54,577 nucleotides of DNA. Origin: a virus. How positions within the stretch are numbered: position 1 is the stretch's first letter; every line of letters begins with the position of its first letter. Position numbers and translations under genes: made by a program. The notes under the pieces were generated by a model. The model did no database searches. It was not told the origin of the DNA and was given only the letters and a program-made list of their open reading frames with translations. The stretch lies in the UHGV virus genome UHGV-0031053; one strand, given 5' to 3'. Shown in pieces: positions 38,923 to 48,113 of the stretch.

Positions 38923-39510
38923 ATGGCAGTTAAAACATATATTCCTGACACTAACAAATTCATTATTCATAAAACAAAAGTGGATTTTGTTAAGCGAATT
39001 ATTCAAAAGCCAATCCATTTAGTACAATATGACAACGTGATACCAATTGTTGAAATTGAATTATTGTATAATGGTAATCTTTATGAGCTTCCAAATGAAG
39101 CCGATTTAACTATGCTATGGCGAAAAAGAGATAAAACATATGTCATAAAAAATACATTAGGATTATCCGAAGATAGAACTAAAGCATATTTCGAAATTGA
39201 TAATAATATGACTGCTTTAGATGGAATTGTAGAACCAGTATTATCAATATCAATCAATGAAAAAACATGTGCTTCATCAACAATGAATTTTGTCATCGAT
39301 AGAAATCCTGTCCAAAGAGATGACATATTATCCATATTTGATGATTTTGTAGTCGATGAAATAAAGTCTTCAATTTCAAAATTAGAGGCAAATATAGAAG
39401 GCATTCAGCAAAGTAAATCAATAGAAGTCGGTTCCGATTCTCAGAAAGAACCATCTAATCAGTTAGTAACAGGTGGACTATTCTTTCAGAAAATGGAGGA
39501 AAGCAAATGA
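38923..39510 (+). CDS. putative tail fibre/baseplate protein; C-terminal PSN.L..GGLF..K motif shared with 40221-41162
   Basis: C-terminus EPSNQLVTGGLFFQK versus APSNSLAIGGLFLEK in the 40221 gene. Confidence 0.35.
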   Translation: MAVKTYIPDTNKFIIHKTKVDFVKRIIQKPIHLVQYDNVIPIVEIELLYNGNLYELPNEADLTMLWRKRDKTYVIKNTLGLSEDRTKAYFEIDNNMTALDGIVEPVLSISINEKTCASSTMNFVIDRNPVQRDDILSIFDDFVVDEIKSSISKLEANIEGIQQSKSIEVGSDSQKEPSNQLVTGGLFFQKMEESK

Positions 39511-39830
39511 TTGAAATGGCATGTGAAGGACGATTAGAAATCGTCAGTGGTGATACTTATGATGTTTTAGTTGAAGTTGAGAATTTTGACGTCAACCTTA
39601 TAGAAAAAATTGTATTCTCATGCAAGAACCTTAATCTAGTTAAAGACTTTGACAGGGATTGGACTGAAAATAGTAATTTATTTGCTCTTCATTTCGATTC
39701 TGAAGAAACAAAGAATTTCCCTCCTAAGTGCTTTGATTATGACATTACAGTTATATTTACAGATGGAACAATTAATACAGCAACGTATCGTTCTGCTATT
39801 AAGATTTATCCTAAAGTAAATACAATTTAG
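39507..39830 (+). CDS. hypothetical protein
   Basis: ORF track. Start overlaps the upstream stop. Confidence 0.4.
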   Translation: MIEMACEGRLEIVSGDTYDVLVEVENFDVNLIEKIVFSCKNLNLVKDFDRDWTENSNLFALHFDSEETKNFPPKCFDYDITVIFTDGTINTATYRSAIKIYPKVNTI

Positions 39831-39840
39831 GAGGTAAAAA

Positions 39841-40218
39841 ATGGACAAGAAACCTCAACTTTCATTTATTAATCAAACTAGATTAAAAATGTCCGTTAAA
39901 GAAATCACCAGAATACAAGTGAAGCCTATTATGGACCATAGTCAACTTGATAATCTTGATTATGAGCATAGCGGACATACTGGTTTTGCTAGTAAAAATG
40001 ATTTATTATCATTCGTTCCTAAAAGACTAGAAAATGTGGCTTCTGCAAGTCCAGAAGTTAAAAATAATAATTTATATTTATTTGTAGATGCAGAAAATAG
40101 TGATGCAAAAATGAATGTGAAAGAACTAGGGGAACGAATTATTAAACGTGTAGACCGTGCACAAACTGATTATAATGACGGTCAATTCATATTTGAAAAA
40201 ATACAAGGAGATAAATAA
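39841..40218 (+). CDS. hypothetical protein
   Basis: ORF track. RBS GGAGG. Confidence 0.4.
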   Translation: MDKKPQLSFINQTRLKMSVKEITRIQVKPIMDHSQLDNLDYEHSGHTGFASKNDLLSFVPKRLENVASASPEVKNNNLYLFVDAENSDAKMNVKELGERIIKRVDRAQTDYNDGQFIFEKIQGDK

Positions 40219-40220
40219 TT

Positions 40221-41162
40221 ATGGCTGAAAATTTTAGAATTAAACAACAAACTGCTAATGGACAATTAGTAATTCATCCAGAAACTAACGCCGATGTTGT
40301 GCTAGAAACAGAAACTAAAAAGGTGATGACTGCTGCTGAACGTACTAAATTGGCAGGTATTGCATCTAATGCCCAAGTGAATGTAATTGAGGAAATTAAG
40401 GTCAATGGTACAAAGGTAACACCTTCTGGTAAGAGTGTTAATATTACAATTAATACAACAAATTATATACCAGTAACAGATAAAGGTGCTAAGGGTGGCG
40501 TCGCTACATTAGGTTCTGATGGAAAAGTTCCAAGTGCTCAATTGCCTTCATATGTTGATGATGTTCTTGAAGCCGATTCTAAATCGAAGTTTCCAACTAC
40601 AGGTGAAACAGGTAAGATTTATGTAGCTAAGGATACAAACTTAACATATAGATGGTCAGGTACAGCTTACATTGAGATTTCACCAAGTTTAGCATTAGGT
40701 GAAACATCTGCAACTGCATATCCCGGTGATAAAGGTAAGGCAAATGCGGATGCAATTACAGCATTAAAGACTCGTGCTACAGCTGTTGAAACAAAGAATA
40801 CATCTCAGGATACAGAAATCACTAATATTAAAGATGGTACAACTAAGGTTGCTAAGGCAGGGACAGCAGACACAGCTACAACAGCAACAACAGCTACTTC
40901 AGCTGGAAAGCTAAGTACAGCACGTAAAATCGCATTATCTGGCGATGCAACTGGTAGTGTAGCATTTGATGGTAGTGCAGATAAGACTATTTCATTGGCA
41001 TTAGCTAATACTGGCGTTACAGCAGGTACATATAGTGTTATTGAGGTAGATGCAAAAGGTAGAGCACTAAAAGGTGGAACTATTCTTGAAATTGGTGCTG
41101 CTGAACAAACTGCGCCATCAAATAGTCTTGCTATAGGTGGATTATTCTTAGAAAAAATTTAA
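40221..41162 (+). CDS. putative tail fibre protein
   Basis: Gly/Thr/Ala-rich beta-like repeats (TADTATTATTATSAG). Shares the C-terminal GGLF motif with 38923-39510. Confidence 0.45.
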   Translation: MAENFRIKQQTANGQLVIHPETNADVVLETETKKVMTAAERTKLAGIASNAQVNVIEEIKVNGTKVTPSGKSVNITINTTNYIPVTDKGAKGGVATLGSDGKVPSAQLPSYVDDVLEADSKSKFPTTGETGKIYVAKDTNLTYRWSGTAYIEISPSLALGETSATAYPGDKGKANADAITALKTRATAVETKNTSQDTEITNIKDGTTKVAKAGTADTATTATTATSAGKLSTARKIALSGDATGSVAFDGSADKTISLALANTGVTAGTYSVIEVDAKGRALKGGTILEIGAAEQTAPSNSLAIGGLFLEKI

Positions 41163-41182
41163 TTAAGAAGGGAGTATAAGAT

Positions 41183-41983
41183 ATGAGTTCTTATAGACCA
41201 AGAATTAAAAATCAAAATGGAACTACAACTGACTTGCCAATTGATGCTGAAACTCTAAGTGGCAAGAAGATAGATGATATTGCATTAGTTAATGACCTAT
41301 CAAAAGCCGCTTTCAGTGGTAGCTATAAAGATTTGGAGAATCAAGCTCAGTTTAAAGTCACAGCAGGAGCAAATATTGATAAAGTAGGAACTCCTGCTGT
41401 GGAAGTTTCCACAATTGATAATGTTGTTAATCTTATATTTAATTATTTAAAGGGTGCTAAGGGAAACAAAGGTGACAAAGGCGACACTGGAGCAACTGGT
41501 GACACTGGAGCTCAAGGACCACATGGAGAAACAGGACCTCAAGGACCAAAAGGTGACAAAGGTGATACTGGAGCTCAAGGACCACGGGGAGAAACAGGAC
41601 CTCAAGGTGAAACGGGGCCACAAGGTCCACGAGGTCCACAAGGTTTACAAGGACCGACGCTATATAATCACAATTTATCAATTTCGCTTAGAGAAACATC
41701 GGACATATTATTAAGCGGAACAATGAATGCGGTTGTTACTTTACCTTTTAGCGACAAAATAACAAATTATCAAGAATTATATGACGCAATTGAAAATTAT
41801 TTAGGTACAATCATGCTTAATGGTATTATTAATTATAATGCGAATAAAATACTATGCTACACTCTTGAATGTGATGAATATTTATTTTTACAATTTATAA
41901 AAACATTTCCTACTATTGAATACGTTATTTTTGACGAAACGAGCATTGCTCGTATTAGTGATACAGTATCCAAATTATCATAA
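41183..41983 (+). CDS. collagen-like repeat tail fibre protein
   Basis: G-X-Y triplets [62 protein letters not shown] (nt ~41470-41660). Confidence 0.7.
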   Translation: MSSYRPRIKNQNGTTTDLPIDAETLSGKKIDDIALVNDLSKAAFSGSYKDLENQAQFKVTAGANIDKVGTPAVEVSTIDNVVNLIFNYLKGAKGNKGDKGDTGATGDTGAQGPHGETGPQGPKGDKGDTGAQGPRGETGPQGETGPQGPRGPQGLQGPTLYNHNLSISLRETSDILLSGTMNAVVTLPFSDKITNYQELYDAIENYLGTIMLNGIINYNANKILCYTLECDEYLFLQFIKTFPTIEYVIFDETSIARISDTVSKLS

Positions 41984-41994
41984 GGAGTGATTCT

Positions 41995-42327
41995 ATGATA
42001 ACATTATCTTTATATCAATTTACAGGCGAGAAAATTTTATGCGATAAAACTCAATTTTTAACTAAAATCTATTTTGCAAATATTACTGCTACATTTGAGG
42101 ATAATGTTGATGATTTTAATTGGTAATCTAAAAACAAGTTTAATAAAGAATACACTACTCGCTATTTTAAAGTTCCTGCGGATGGAACATATAAATTTTC
42201 CGCATTATACAAAAATTCATATATAGGTTATGAAACAATAATTCAAAATGAAACTGACACATATGAAGAAATAAATTACGTTGAAGAGAAAGAATTTACT
42301 TTGAGTATGATTTGGAAGTTTCATTAA
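41995..42327 (+). pseudogene. ORF interrupted by a single in-frame TAA (42124-42126): 43 codons, stop, then 66 stop-free in-frame codons with no start codon
   Basis: Strong RBS AAGGAGTGA 6 nt before ATG 41995. The downstream stretch 42127-42324 has no in-frame ATG/GTG/TTG until 42301 and no stops. Confidence 0.4.
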
Positions 42328-42350
42328 TTTAAACGGAGGTGTTATAAATT

Positions 42351-43139
42351 ATGAATAAGGATAAATTTGAATTAAAGGTCAATTCCAATAGTGTATCTTG
42401 GAATGCCAAAAGTGTTTTAAAATTAGCTGATGAAAATCAAAAGAAATTTGATAAAGAACGTGAAAAATATGTCAAGGAAATCGAGAAATTGAAGGCTAAT
42501 GGTGGTGGAGTGAGTTTTATTAACGAAAAAAAACCGGCTGAGGTGATGGAACTACAAAAAGAGAATATTTATTCGTATACACCTAAATTTTTAAAAATAG
42601 ACATTCAAAAATTGCAAGAAATTTTGAAAACAAAATTCTCAAAATTTTCGGATATTACATTACGGTCAAATGATGAGAATGAATTTCATGGTTTCGTATT
42701 GACGGGCGTAGGTGCAAATAGTTCAACAATATGGTTCCGTGATTATAACGAGGATATTGATGGCTATTTTGATTCCGTATATAAAGCAACCGGAGTCTCT
42801 ATACAAAAAAATTTTTATAATATTAGTAACTATAGCCCAGAAACTTATAGATCGTCAAATTGTGATGGCTATATCCTATTATCGAATCATGTTTATCTTC
42901 CGGGCTTTGATACTTTTTCATCGGATGTGCAATTTGTATTAATTCCTATAACATTCGGTTATTACCCCGGTGCCCAAGATTTTTTCAAATATGAATCATC
43001 GTGGGGTGCCGACACTTTTAATAATCCTTTTCCGTATATATATAGAAGTTCATATAGTGATACAAATATTGTAAATGATTTAATTGAATTATATCCAAAA
43101 TTTCAAGAATGTCTTTCACTCGTAGAGGGCATTGAATAA
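42351..43139 (+). CDS. hypothetical protein, paralog A of a tandem pair in the host-range region
   Basis: YTPKFLKIDIQKLQEILKTKFSKFSDI and VQFVLIPITFGYYPG parallel the next gene. Confidence 0.5.
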   Translation: MNKDKFELKVNSNSVSWNAKSVLKLADENQKKFDKEREKYVKEIEKLKANGGGVSFINEKKPAEVMELQKENIYSYTPKFLKIDIQKLQEILKTKFSKFSDITLRSNDENEFHGFVLTGVGANSSTIWFRDYNEDIDGYFDSVYKATGVSIQKNFYNISNYSPETYRSSNCDGYILLSNHVYLPGFDTFSSDVQFVLIPITFGYYPGAQDFFKYESSWGADTFNNPFPYIYRSSYSDTNIVNDLIELYPKFQECLSLVEGIE

Positions 43140-43159
43140 AAGAAAGGAAGAATAAAAAT

Positions 43160-44104
43160 ATGTTTAGAGGAACAAATCCAATTATTACAATGAATTTATC
43201 TTGTGATCCTAGTCTAATCACAAAATTAAAAATTACTTTTAAGCAAGGAACAACTGTTGTTTTAGAAAAAATTTTAACTGACTGCACTATTGAGGATAAT
43301 AAAATTAAGGTACAGTTATCAGAAAGTGACACTTTAGCTTTCAAATCTTGCACTTTACAAATGCAAGCGAGAATTCAATTATCAACTGGCGATATATTAG
43401 TAACTGATGTTCTTGAAACTTATGTTGATGATATTTTTAATGATGCATCATTAGATGCGAAGCCAATAGTACCTGGAAAAAATACAGAGGAAGGTTATAA
43501 AGTGCAATTCCTTAACGAGAAGACATTAAATATTGGGGATACATTAGTCGACACTCATTATCAATATTTTAAAATTGATATTCAAAGGTTACAAGATATT
43601 TTACGTAAAAAGTTTAAAAACATAGATGAGATTCCAACTTCTATCTCGTATCGTGGCAGTAAGGAGAGTAATACTGAACATTGTATCCCATTATTTAAAT
43701 ATTGCGTTCCCTACTATAATCGTGAGGAGTATATGATTGGTTTAAATGCAAATAGAATTAGCTTTGATATTAATGAGAATGACAATTTTGCTTCGGGTGA
43801 TGCTGGTCAAAATTATTTTTCAATGGCATGTTACCCGGAACGTGTTAATACATATCAATCTTTAGAAAATGCATTTGAAATACCTAATTTTTATGATTTT
43901 ACATCAACAATTAAATTTGTAATCGTTCCATTTTTAGCGAATTTCTATAGTCGTGATGCTATACGTTCGATGGAAATTGTGAATTTAAACGCTGTTAACA
44001 GCTTGTTTTCATCCGATACTATTACGGTAAATAATTTCGATTCAATAAGTGACATCGAAGATGATCTACGTTCTTGTGTAACGGTATTCGAGAGTATTGC
44101 ATAA
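43160..44104 (+). CDS. hypothetical protein, paralog B
   Basis: THYQYFKIDIQRLQDILRKKFKNIDEI and IKFVIVPFLANFY parallel the previous gene. Confidence 0.5.
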   Translation: MFRGTNPIITMNLSCDPSLITKLKITFKQGTTVVLEKILTDCTIEDNKIKVQLSESDTLAFKSCTLQMQARIQLSTGDILVTDVLETYVDDIFNDASLDAKPIVPGKNTEEGYKVQFLNEKTLNIGDTLVDTHYQYFKIDIQRLQDILRKKFKNIDEIPTSISYRGSKESNTEHCIPLFKYCVPYYNREEYMIGLNANRISFDINENDNFASGDAGQNYFSMACYPERVNTYQSLENAFEIPNFYDFTSTIKFVIVPFLANFYSRDAIRSMEIVNLNAVNSLFSSDTITVNNFDSISDIEDDLRSCVTVFESIA

Positions 44105-44730
44105 TGAAATATTACGTTAGAACAACTGGTGAACGAGATTTAAGTCAATATTCATTTTTAGATTATACTCCTCTATATGATTTTAAGCATGAATCAGTAA
44201 AAAGCTTTATTGAACAGATGCGACTAATTAGCAATGATGATGCTTTATTTATGGAGGACGATATTATATTTTGCGATAATTTCATCAATAAAGTCAATGA
44301 GGTCATTGCTCAATATCCTAATCAAATTATAAATTTCTTTTTTCAACCTTTGGCTTATTTACAAACAAGTGAGGTCAAAGGCAAAAAATTCTTGTATAAT
44401 CAGTGCGTGTATTATCCAAAAGGAATCAGCAAAATCATTGCTGATAAAATGCAAGAGTTAATTGATAACGGTATCGAGTGGAAACAGTACGATGAAATTG
44501 AAGGGGCCGCATTGGATGCTTTGGGAATCAATTTTATTCAATATAGACCAATGCTCGTTCAACATATTGGGGTTAATAGTATAATAGGAAATAATTGGCT
44601 TAATGATGCTAAAACAATATATTTTATAGATGACATTAAAGGCATGGATTATAATGATGCTGGTTTAATGCTAAAATATGGATATAAGCAATATGACAAA
44701 ATCGGAATATCTCATCCAATAATCATTTAA
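44104..44730 (+). CDS. hypothetical protein (possible DXD-type glycosyltransferase-like)
   Basis: ORF track frame 44074. ATG 44104 overlaps the upstream stop. FMEDDIIFCDNF is a DXD-like motif. Weak call. Confidence 0.25.
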   Translation: MKYYVRTTGERDLSQYSFLDYTPLYDFKHESVKSFIEQMRLISNDDALFMEDDIIFCDNFINKVNEVIAQYPNQIINFFFQPLAYLQTSEVKGKKFLYNQCVYYPKGISKIIADKMQELIDNGIEWKQYDEIEGAALDALGINFIQYRPMLVQHIGVNSIIGNNWLNDAKTIYFIDDIKGMDYNDAGLMLKYGYKQYDKIGISHPIII

Positions 44731-44750
44731 AGTATAGGAGACAATAATTT

Positions 44751-45041
44751 ATGAAAAACATCAAAAAAGGTACATTCATAAGAACTGTTTTACAAATTCT
44801 TGTATATATAAATCAGCTAATTGCGGTAATAGGTTCCACGTCTTTTGCAGCATCGCCTATTTATCAATGGGTTTCTGTTATTGTAACTATTTTAATAACA
44901 GCTTTAACATATTGGTATGATAATGACTGGACGAAGGAAGCTCAATTATGCTCAGATGTATTTGATATGTTAAAAGATGGGAAAATTACTAAAGAAGAAT
45001 TGCAAGAATTCATGAACAAATATAGGAACAAGAAAGAGTGA
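44751..45041 (+). CDS. holin-like small membrane protein
   Basis: 96 aa with two hydrophobic segments and a charged C-terminus, at the end of the late operon. Confidence 0.45.
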   Translation: MKNIKKGTFIRTVLQILVYINQLIAVIGSTSFAASPIYQWVSVIVTILITALTYWYDNDWTKEAQLCSDVFDMLKDGKITKEELQEFMNKYRNKKE

Positions 45042-45376
45042 TATTGAATATGACGTGGTATGAATGGCTATGCGTATTTAGTGTACCTTCAATCATGTTC
45101 TTTATGTTTCAATTCTTATGGACAAAAGTAGTAGCTAAATACAGTAAAAAGACTAGCGAGGACGAAACACTTAAATTAGGTGTTCAGGCTTTGCTTAGAA
45201 ATGAATTAATGCACAGTTACAAGTTATTTATAGCCCAAGGATGGATTGATATTTATGAAAAACAAAATTTTGATAACATGTATCAACGCTATCACAATTT
45301 GGGGAAGAATGGGGTGATGAACTCAATGCACGATGAAATTATGGCATTGCCCACCACACCAAATAAACTGAGGTGA
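45038..45376 (+). CDS. small membrane protein (second holin-like/lysis accessory)
   Basis: N-terminal TM helix (WLCVFSVPSIMFFMFQFLW). Followed by a strong terminator. Confidence 0.35.
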   Translation: MILNMTWYEWLCVFSVPSIMFFMFQFLWTKVVAKYSKKTSEDETLKLGVQALLRNELMHSYKLFIAQGWIDIYEKQNFDNMYQRYHNLGKNGVMNSMHDEIMALPTTPNKLR

Positions 45377-45388
45377 CTTGGTTGAAGG

Positions 45389-45419
45389 ATAAGAGCTCTT
45401 ACAAGGGCTCTTATTTTTT
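45389..45419 (+). terminator. rho-independent terminator at the end of the late operon
   Basis: ATAAGAGC tcttacaagg GCTCTTAT followed by TTTTTT. Confidence 0.7.
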
Positions 45420-45462
45420 GTCGCAGTTAAAACATTCCTTTTAATGAAGGAGGAATACTGCT

Positions 45463-45657
45463 ATGGGATTAATAAAGAAAGGAATTGCTATAGGATTAGA
45501 ATTATATACGATAAAAAAAATATTAGAAATAGTTGTAGACGCAGCAGTGAATTATGATGAGCGTACTAGAGAGGCTAAAGATAATTCGTATATTAAAAGA
45601 AAAATGGCAAAAGATATAATCGATGCAGAATTCGAGGAAATTGATGAAGAGGAATGA
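45463..45657 (+). CDS. hypothetical small protein with acidic C-terminus (moron)
   Basis: ORF track. RBS AAGGAGG. Bracketed by terminators. Confidence 0.4.
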   Translation: MGLIKKGIAIGLELYTIKKILEIVVDAAVNYDERTREAKDNSYIKRKMAKDIIDAEFEEIDEEE

Positions 45658-45688
45658 GCGTGAAATACAAACGCTCTTCTTTTTTTTC
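45657..45688 (+). terminator. rho-independent terminator
   Basis: GAGCGT gaaatacaa ACGCTC followed by TTCTTTTTTTT. Confidence 0.55.
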
Positions 45689-45717
45689 GCAAATTTTACA
45701 AGTGTTTTAATGGAAGA
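45689..45717 (+). promoter_or_regulatory. conserved 28-mer box CGCAAATTTTACAAGTGTTTTAATGGAAG (second copy at 48543-48569)
   Basis: Near-identical sequence immediately downstream of a terminator in both places. Candidate promoter or operator. Confidence 0.4.
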
Positions 45718-45746
45718 AAAATAAAAATTTATAGGAGGATAAAAAA

Positions 45747-45902
45747 ATGAGCAACAACAAAAACAAAGAAAAGAAGGAAATGACAATCGGAAAGGCACTA
45801 GAGAAGTCAGTTATTATAGGAATTCTTGGTGGAACAGTATTGCATTTCATAGCGAAGGCAGCAAAAGTTGGTTGTGGAGTAGCAAAAACTATTAAAAAGT
45901 AA
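45747..45902 (+). CDS. small hydrophobic protein, 51 aa (not in ORF track)
   Basis: TAGGAGGAT RBS 7 nt before ATG 45747. MSNNKNKEKKEMTIGKALEKSVIIGILGGTVLHFIAKAAKVGCGVAKTIKK. Followed by a terminator. Confidence 0.4.
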   Translation: MSNNKNKEKKEMTIGKALEKSVIIGILGGTVLHFIAKAAKVGCGVAKTIKK

Positions 45903-45922
45903 CAACTTCCAAAAGGAGGACT

Positions 45923-45959
45923 AAAGGGATGTAAGATGAACATACCCTTTAGCTTTTTT
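45923..45959 (+). terminator. rho-independent terminator
   Basis: AAAGGGATG...CATACCCTTT stem (one bulge) followed by AGCTTTTTT. Confidence 0.45.
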
Positions 45960-46010
45960 GCCAATAATAAAGATAATTAGAAAAATGTAAATTTATTTCC
46001 ATAAATTGGA

Positions 46011-46039
46011 AACTATCATTTCATTATGAGGTGATAGTT
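46011..46039. promoter_or_regulatory. perfect 8-bp inverted repeat AACTATCA-N13-TGATAGTT spanning the RBS of the zf gene
   Basis: Read directly from the sequence. Candidate operator or RBS-sequestering hairpin. Confidence 0.35.
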
Positions 46040-46333
46040 ATGATAAAGAAAGGTGAAAAGCAATGTCCTTATTGTGGAGGAGAATTACAAAAGAGAGGAA
46101 CAGTTAAAAGAACAATCAAATTTGGCGATTGCAAAAAGATATTTTATTTGATGAGATATAGTTGTAAGCAATGTGGCAGGTGGCATAGAGAATTACCAAT
46201 TGATATTTTGCCATATAAGCAATATCCAAAAGAAATAGTTGAGGGATTCGCTAGTAATGAGTTAAATAATGAAATTGAGCAGTTTTTAGATTTTCCATCC
46301 GAAGCGTCAATTAATCGTTGGAAAAAGCACTAA
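46040..46333 (+). CDS. standalone zinc-finger protein resembling the N-terminal zf-ISL3 domain of ISL3 transposases
   Basis: ORF track frame 46031 (GTG). ATG 46040 follows GAGGTGA. CPYCGG...RYSCKQCGRWHRELP follows the zf-ISL3 pattern C.xCG...RY.C..CG. No transposase catalytic domain follows. Confidence 0.45.
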   Translation: MIKKGEKQCPYCGGELQKRGTVKRTIKFGDCKKIFYLMRYSCKQCGRWHRELPIDILPYKQYPKEIVEGFASNELNNEIEQFLDFPSEASINRWKKH

Positions 46334-46348
46334 ATCATTAATTTATTC

Positions 46349-46550
46349 ATACATTATTTATACACATAATTTAAAAAAGTGGTATCAAATATAACTATTT
46401 TTATTGTTTTAATAATTCTACTTATATTATTAAATAGTATCGCTTTTGACACAAAATGGCATTAAATCACACTTTTTTAATTGTCAAGTTAGTAAAAAAA
46501 TGCAGGAAATTGTGTTGTTTAATGGTTTATTCCTACACTATTCCTACACT
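46349..46550. promoter_or_regulatory. AT-rich region downstream of int with CTACAC-type boxes, candidate attP
   Basis: TACATTAT (46349-57) and TACACATAAT (46361-70). Tandem TCCTACACT at 46531-39 and 46542-50 abutting the int stop. Confidence 0.35.
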
Positions 46551-47752
46551 CATTTTTTTATTTTTTCTATTTCAGATGCATACCACTCTGGTTTCCTTTT
46601 TGTGTAAATTGCTTCGGTTATATCATTTATTGTATGGCCTACCATATATTTTATTGCATATTCATCTACATCATATTCTTTGCACATAGATACAAATTGA
46701 ACACGGCAATCATGTGGCATATGAATGTCATTTAATTTTAATGCATTTATTTTTGAAATAAAATGACGCCTATATAAATCGTATGTCAATTGTTTTCTTT
46801 TGTTTGTTTTTATTATCGATGCTAAATGTTGTATATTATTAGATTTTGCAATGTTATAAAAATATAATATAAAATCTCTTATCTTGCTGTGTATCGGTAC
46901 TATTCTATTTGTACCCGCCATAGTTTTCATGCCACCCTTTATGGTCCAATTAATAATATCTACATTTTCTATAAGAATATTACATAATTCTCTTGGACGC
47001 CATCCCATATAGCATTGTATCAATATTAACTTAATAAGCTCATCACTCGAATGGGCCCATAGAGTTTGAATTTCTTCATCTGTAAAATTGATATGATGCT
47101 TTATGTCTACTTGATCAACTATTTCTCCGGAATAAAATTTTATTTGTTTTATAATATTTTGTTCAACATAACCACTATTAGCTGCATAATCAAAAACTGA
47201 ATTTAGAAATATTTTATATTTTTTCATACTCGTAATTGAAGGAGCAAAATCAATTAAAAATTGCTTGACCCATTGAGGTGTAAATTTAGTGATGTCTTTA
47301 TCCCATATTTCTTTTAATCTATTTTCAAAAGACTTATAATTTCTTAAAGTTAATTCATTAATTCCATTTTCAATTTTACTCAAGTATTCGTCAGCGACTT
47401 CTTTAAAAGTTCTAGTTTCATTGTAATATTTTGGATCCTTGTTATATTTTATAAGTGCTTCATATGCTTCATTGTAAGTAGCAAAATAACCTTCAGGCTT
47501 AAGTAGCTTAGATATTGGCTTGCCATTATCGTTAAAACCAATGGTGACCATAGCTCTAAATGGTTTTCTTAGGTTTCTAGTTTTAATTTCTGTTATTTGG
47601 CCAAATCCATTTGGTAATCTTTGTCTTTTGGATTTTGCATTATTTCTTTTTACCTTTTTTATCATAGGCTCAAAAGGATATCCGCAATGAGGACAAGAGA
47701 ATGCCTTATCGGAAACCTGTAATTCACACTCAGGACATTTAATCAATGCCAT
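46550..47752 (-). CDS. int: tyrosine integrase with N-terminal zinc-ribbon
   Basis: ORF track 46550-47764; ATG (MALIK...) preferred, 9 nt after AGGAG. Catalytic signature HDCRVQF...VGHT...TEAIYTKR (H-x-x-R, H, Y). N-terminal CPECELQ...CPHCGYPFEP. Confidence 0.85.
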   Translation of the reverse strand: MALIKCPECELQVSDKAFSCPHCGYPFEPMIKKVKRNNAKSKRQRLPNGFGQITEIKTRNLRKPFRAMVTIGFNDNGKPISKLLKPEGYFATYNEAYEALIKYNKDPKYYNETRTFKEVADEYLSKIENGINELTLRNYKSFENRLKEIWDKDITKFTPQWVKQFLIDFAPSITSMKKYKIFLNSVFDYAANSGYVEQNIIKQIKFYSGEIVDQVDIKHHINFTDEEIQTLWAHSSDELIKLILIQCYMGWRPRELCNILIENVDIINWTIKGGMKTMAGTNRIVPIHSKIRDFILYFYNIAKSNNIQHLASIIKTNKRKQLTYDLYRRHFISKINALKLNDIHMPHDCRVQFVSMCKEYDVDEYAIKYMVGHTINDITEAIYTKRKPEWYASEIEKIKK

Positions 47753-47813
47753 AATACACCACACTCCTACACAATTTCATCGATATTTTGATACTATCAC
47801 ACAAACAATTAGA

Positions 47814-47868
47814 TGTCAACGCAGAAAAAAAAACAAATTACTTTGTGGAGGTAAAGATAGTATGAAAG
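47814..47868 (+). repeat. 55-bp leader repeat copy A (TGTCAACGCAGAAAAAA..CAAATTAYTTTGTGGAGGTAAAGATAGTATGAAA) ending in mini-ORF MKGII*
   Basis: Near-identical to 48189-48240, which forms the promoter-leader-start of the 48234 gene. Confidence 0.5.
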
Positions 47869-47897
47869 GAATAATATAAAGACAAAATTGAAAAATT

Positions 47898-47926
47898 GCA
47901 GGCCAATAACTAAGCCTGCCTTTTTT
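47898..47926 (+). terminator. GC-rich hairpin followed by T6 (terminator-like), directly followed by the CTACAC box pair
   Basis: GCAGGC caataactaa GCCTGC then CTTTTTT. Confidence 0.45.
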
Positions 47927-47953
47927 AATCCTACACAATAAACCTACATTATA
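47925..47953. promoter_or_regulatory. pair of CTACA(C/T)(A/T)ATA boxes (copy of 13025-13054); a single box is at 47765-47775
   Basis: TTAATCCTACACAATAAACCTACATTATA. Confidence 0.6.
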
Positions 47954-48008
47954 CAAATAAAAAAAAGCAATCGCATTGTGAACAATTGCTTTAATGGAGG
48001 TGATAATC

Positions 48009-48113
48009 GTGTTAGAAGATGAAAATTATACATCTTATAGTTGGATTGGTCCAGACGGAATCGAATATGTATCTGAGCAAGAATACTATGAGAGTATAAC
48101 AGACAACGAGTAA
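48009..48113 (+). CDS. possible small acidic peptide (34 aa), speculative
   Basis: GTG 5 nt after GGAGGTG. VLEDENYTSYSWIGPDGIEYVSEQEYYESITDNE. Confidence 0.2.
   Translation: MLEDENYTSYSWIGPDGIEYVSEQEYYESITDNE

Noticed and set aside
41447-41714. Three overlapping ORFs (41447-41641 -, 41457-41681 -, 41454-41714 +) over the collagen repeat
   Set aside because: Artefacts of the GGT/GAC-rich G-X-Y triplet repeat being open in several frames. The + frame 41183-41983 is the real collagen-like gene.
13025-47953. Interpretation of the two CTACAC box pairs as attL/attR of a 35-kb prophage
   Set aside because: The enclosed segment would contain structural genes and int but exclude the replication module. 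Gene families also continue outside it on both sides. The boxes are more consistent with internal regulatory or arm-type sites than with prophage boundaries.
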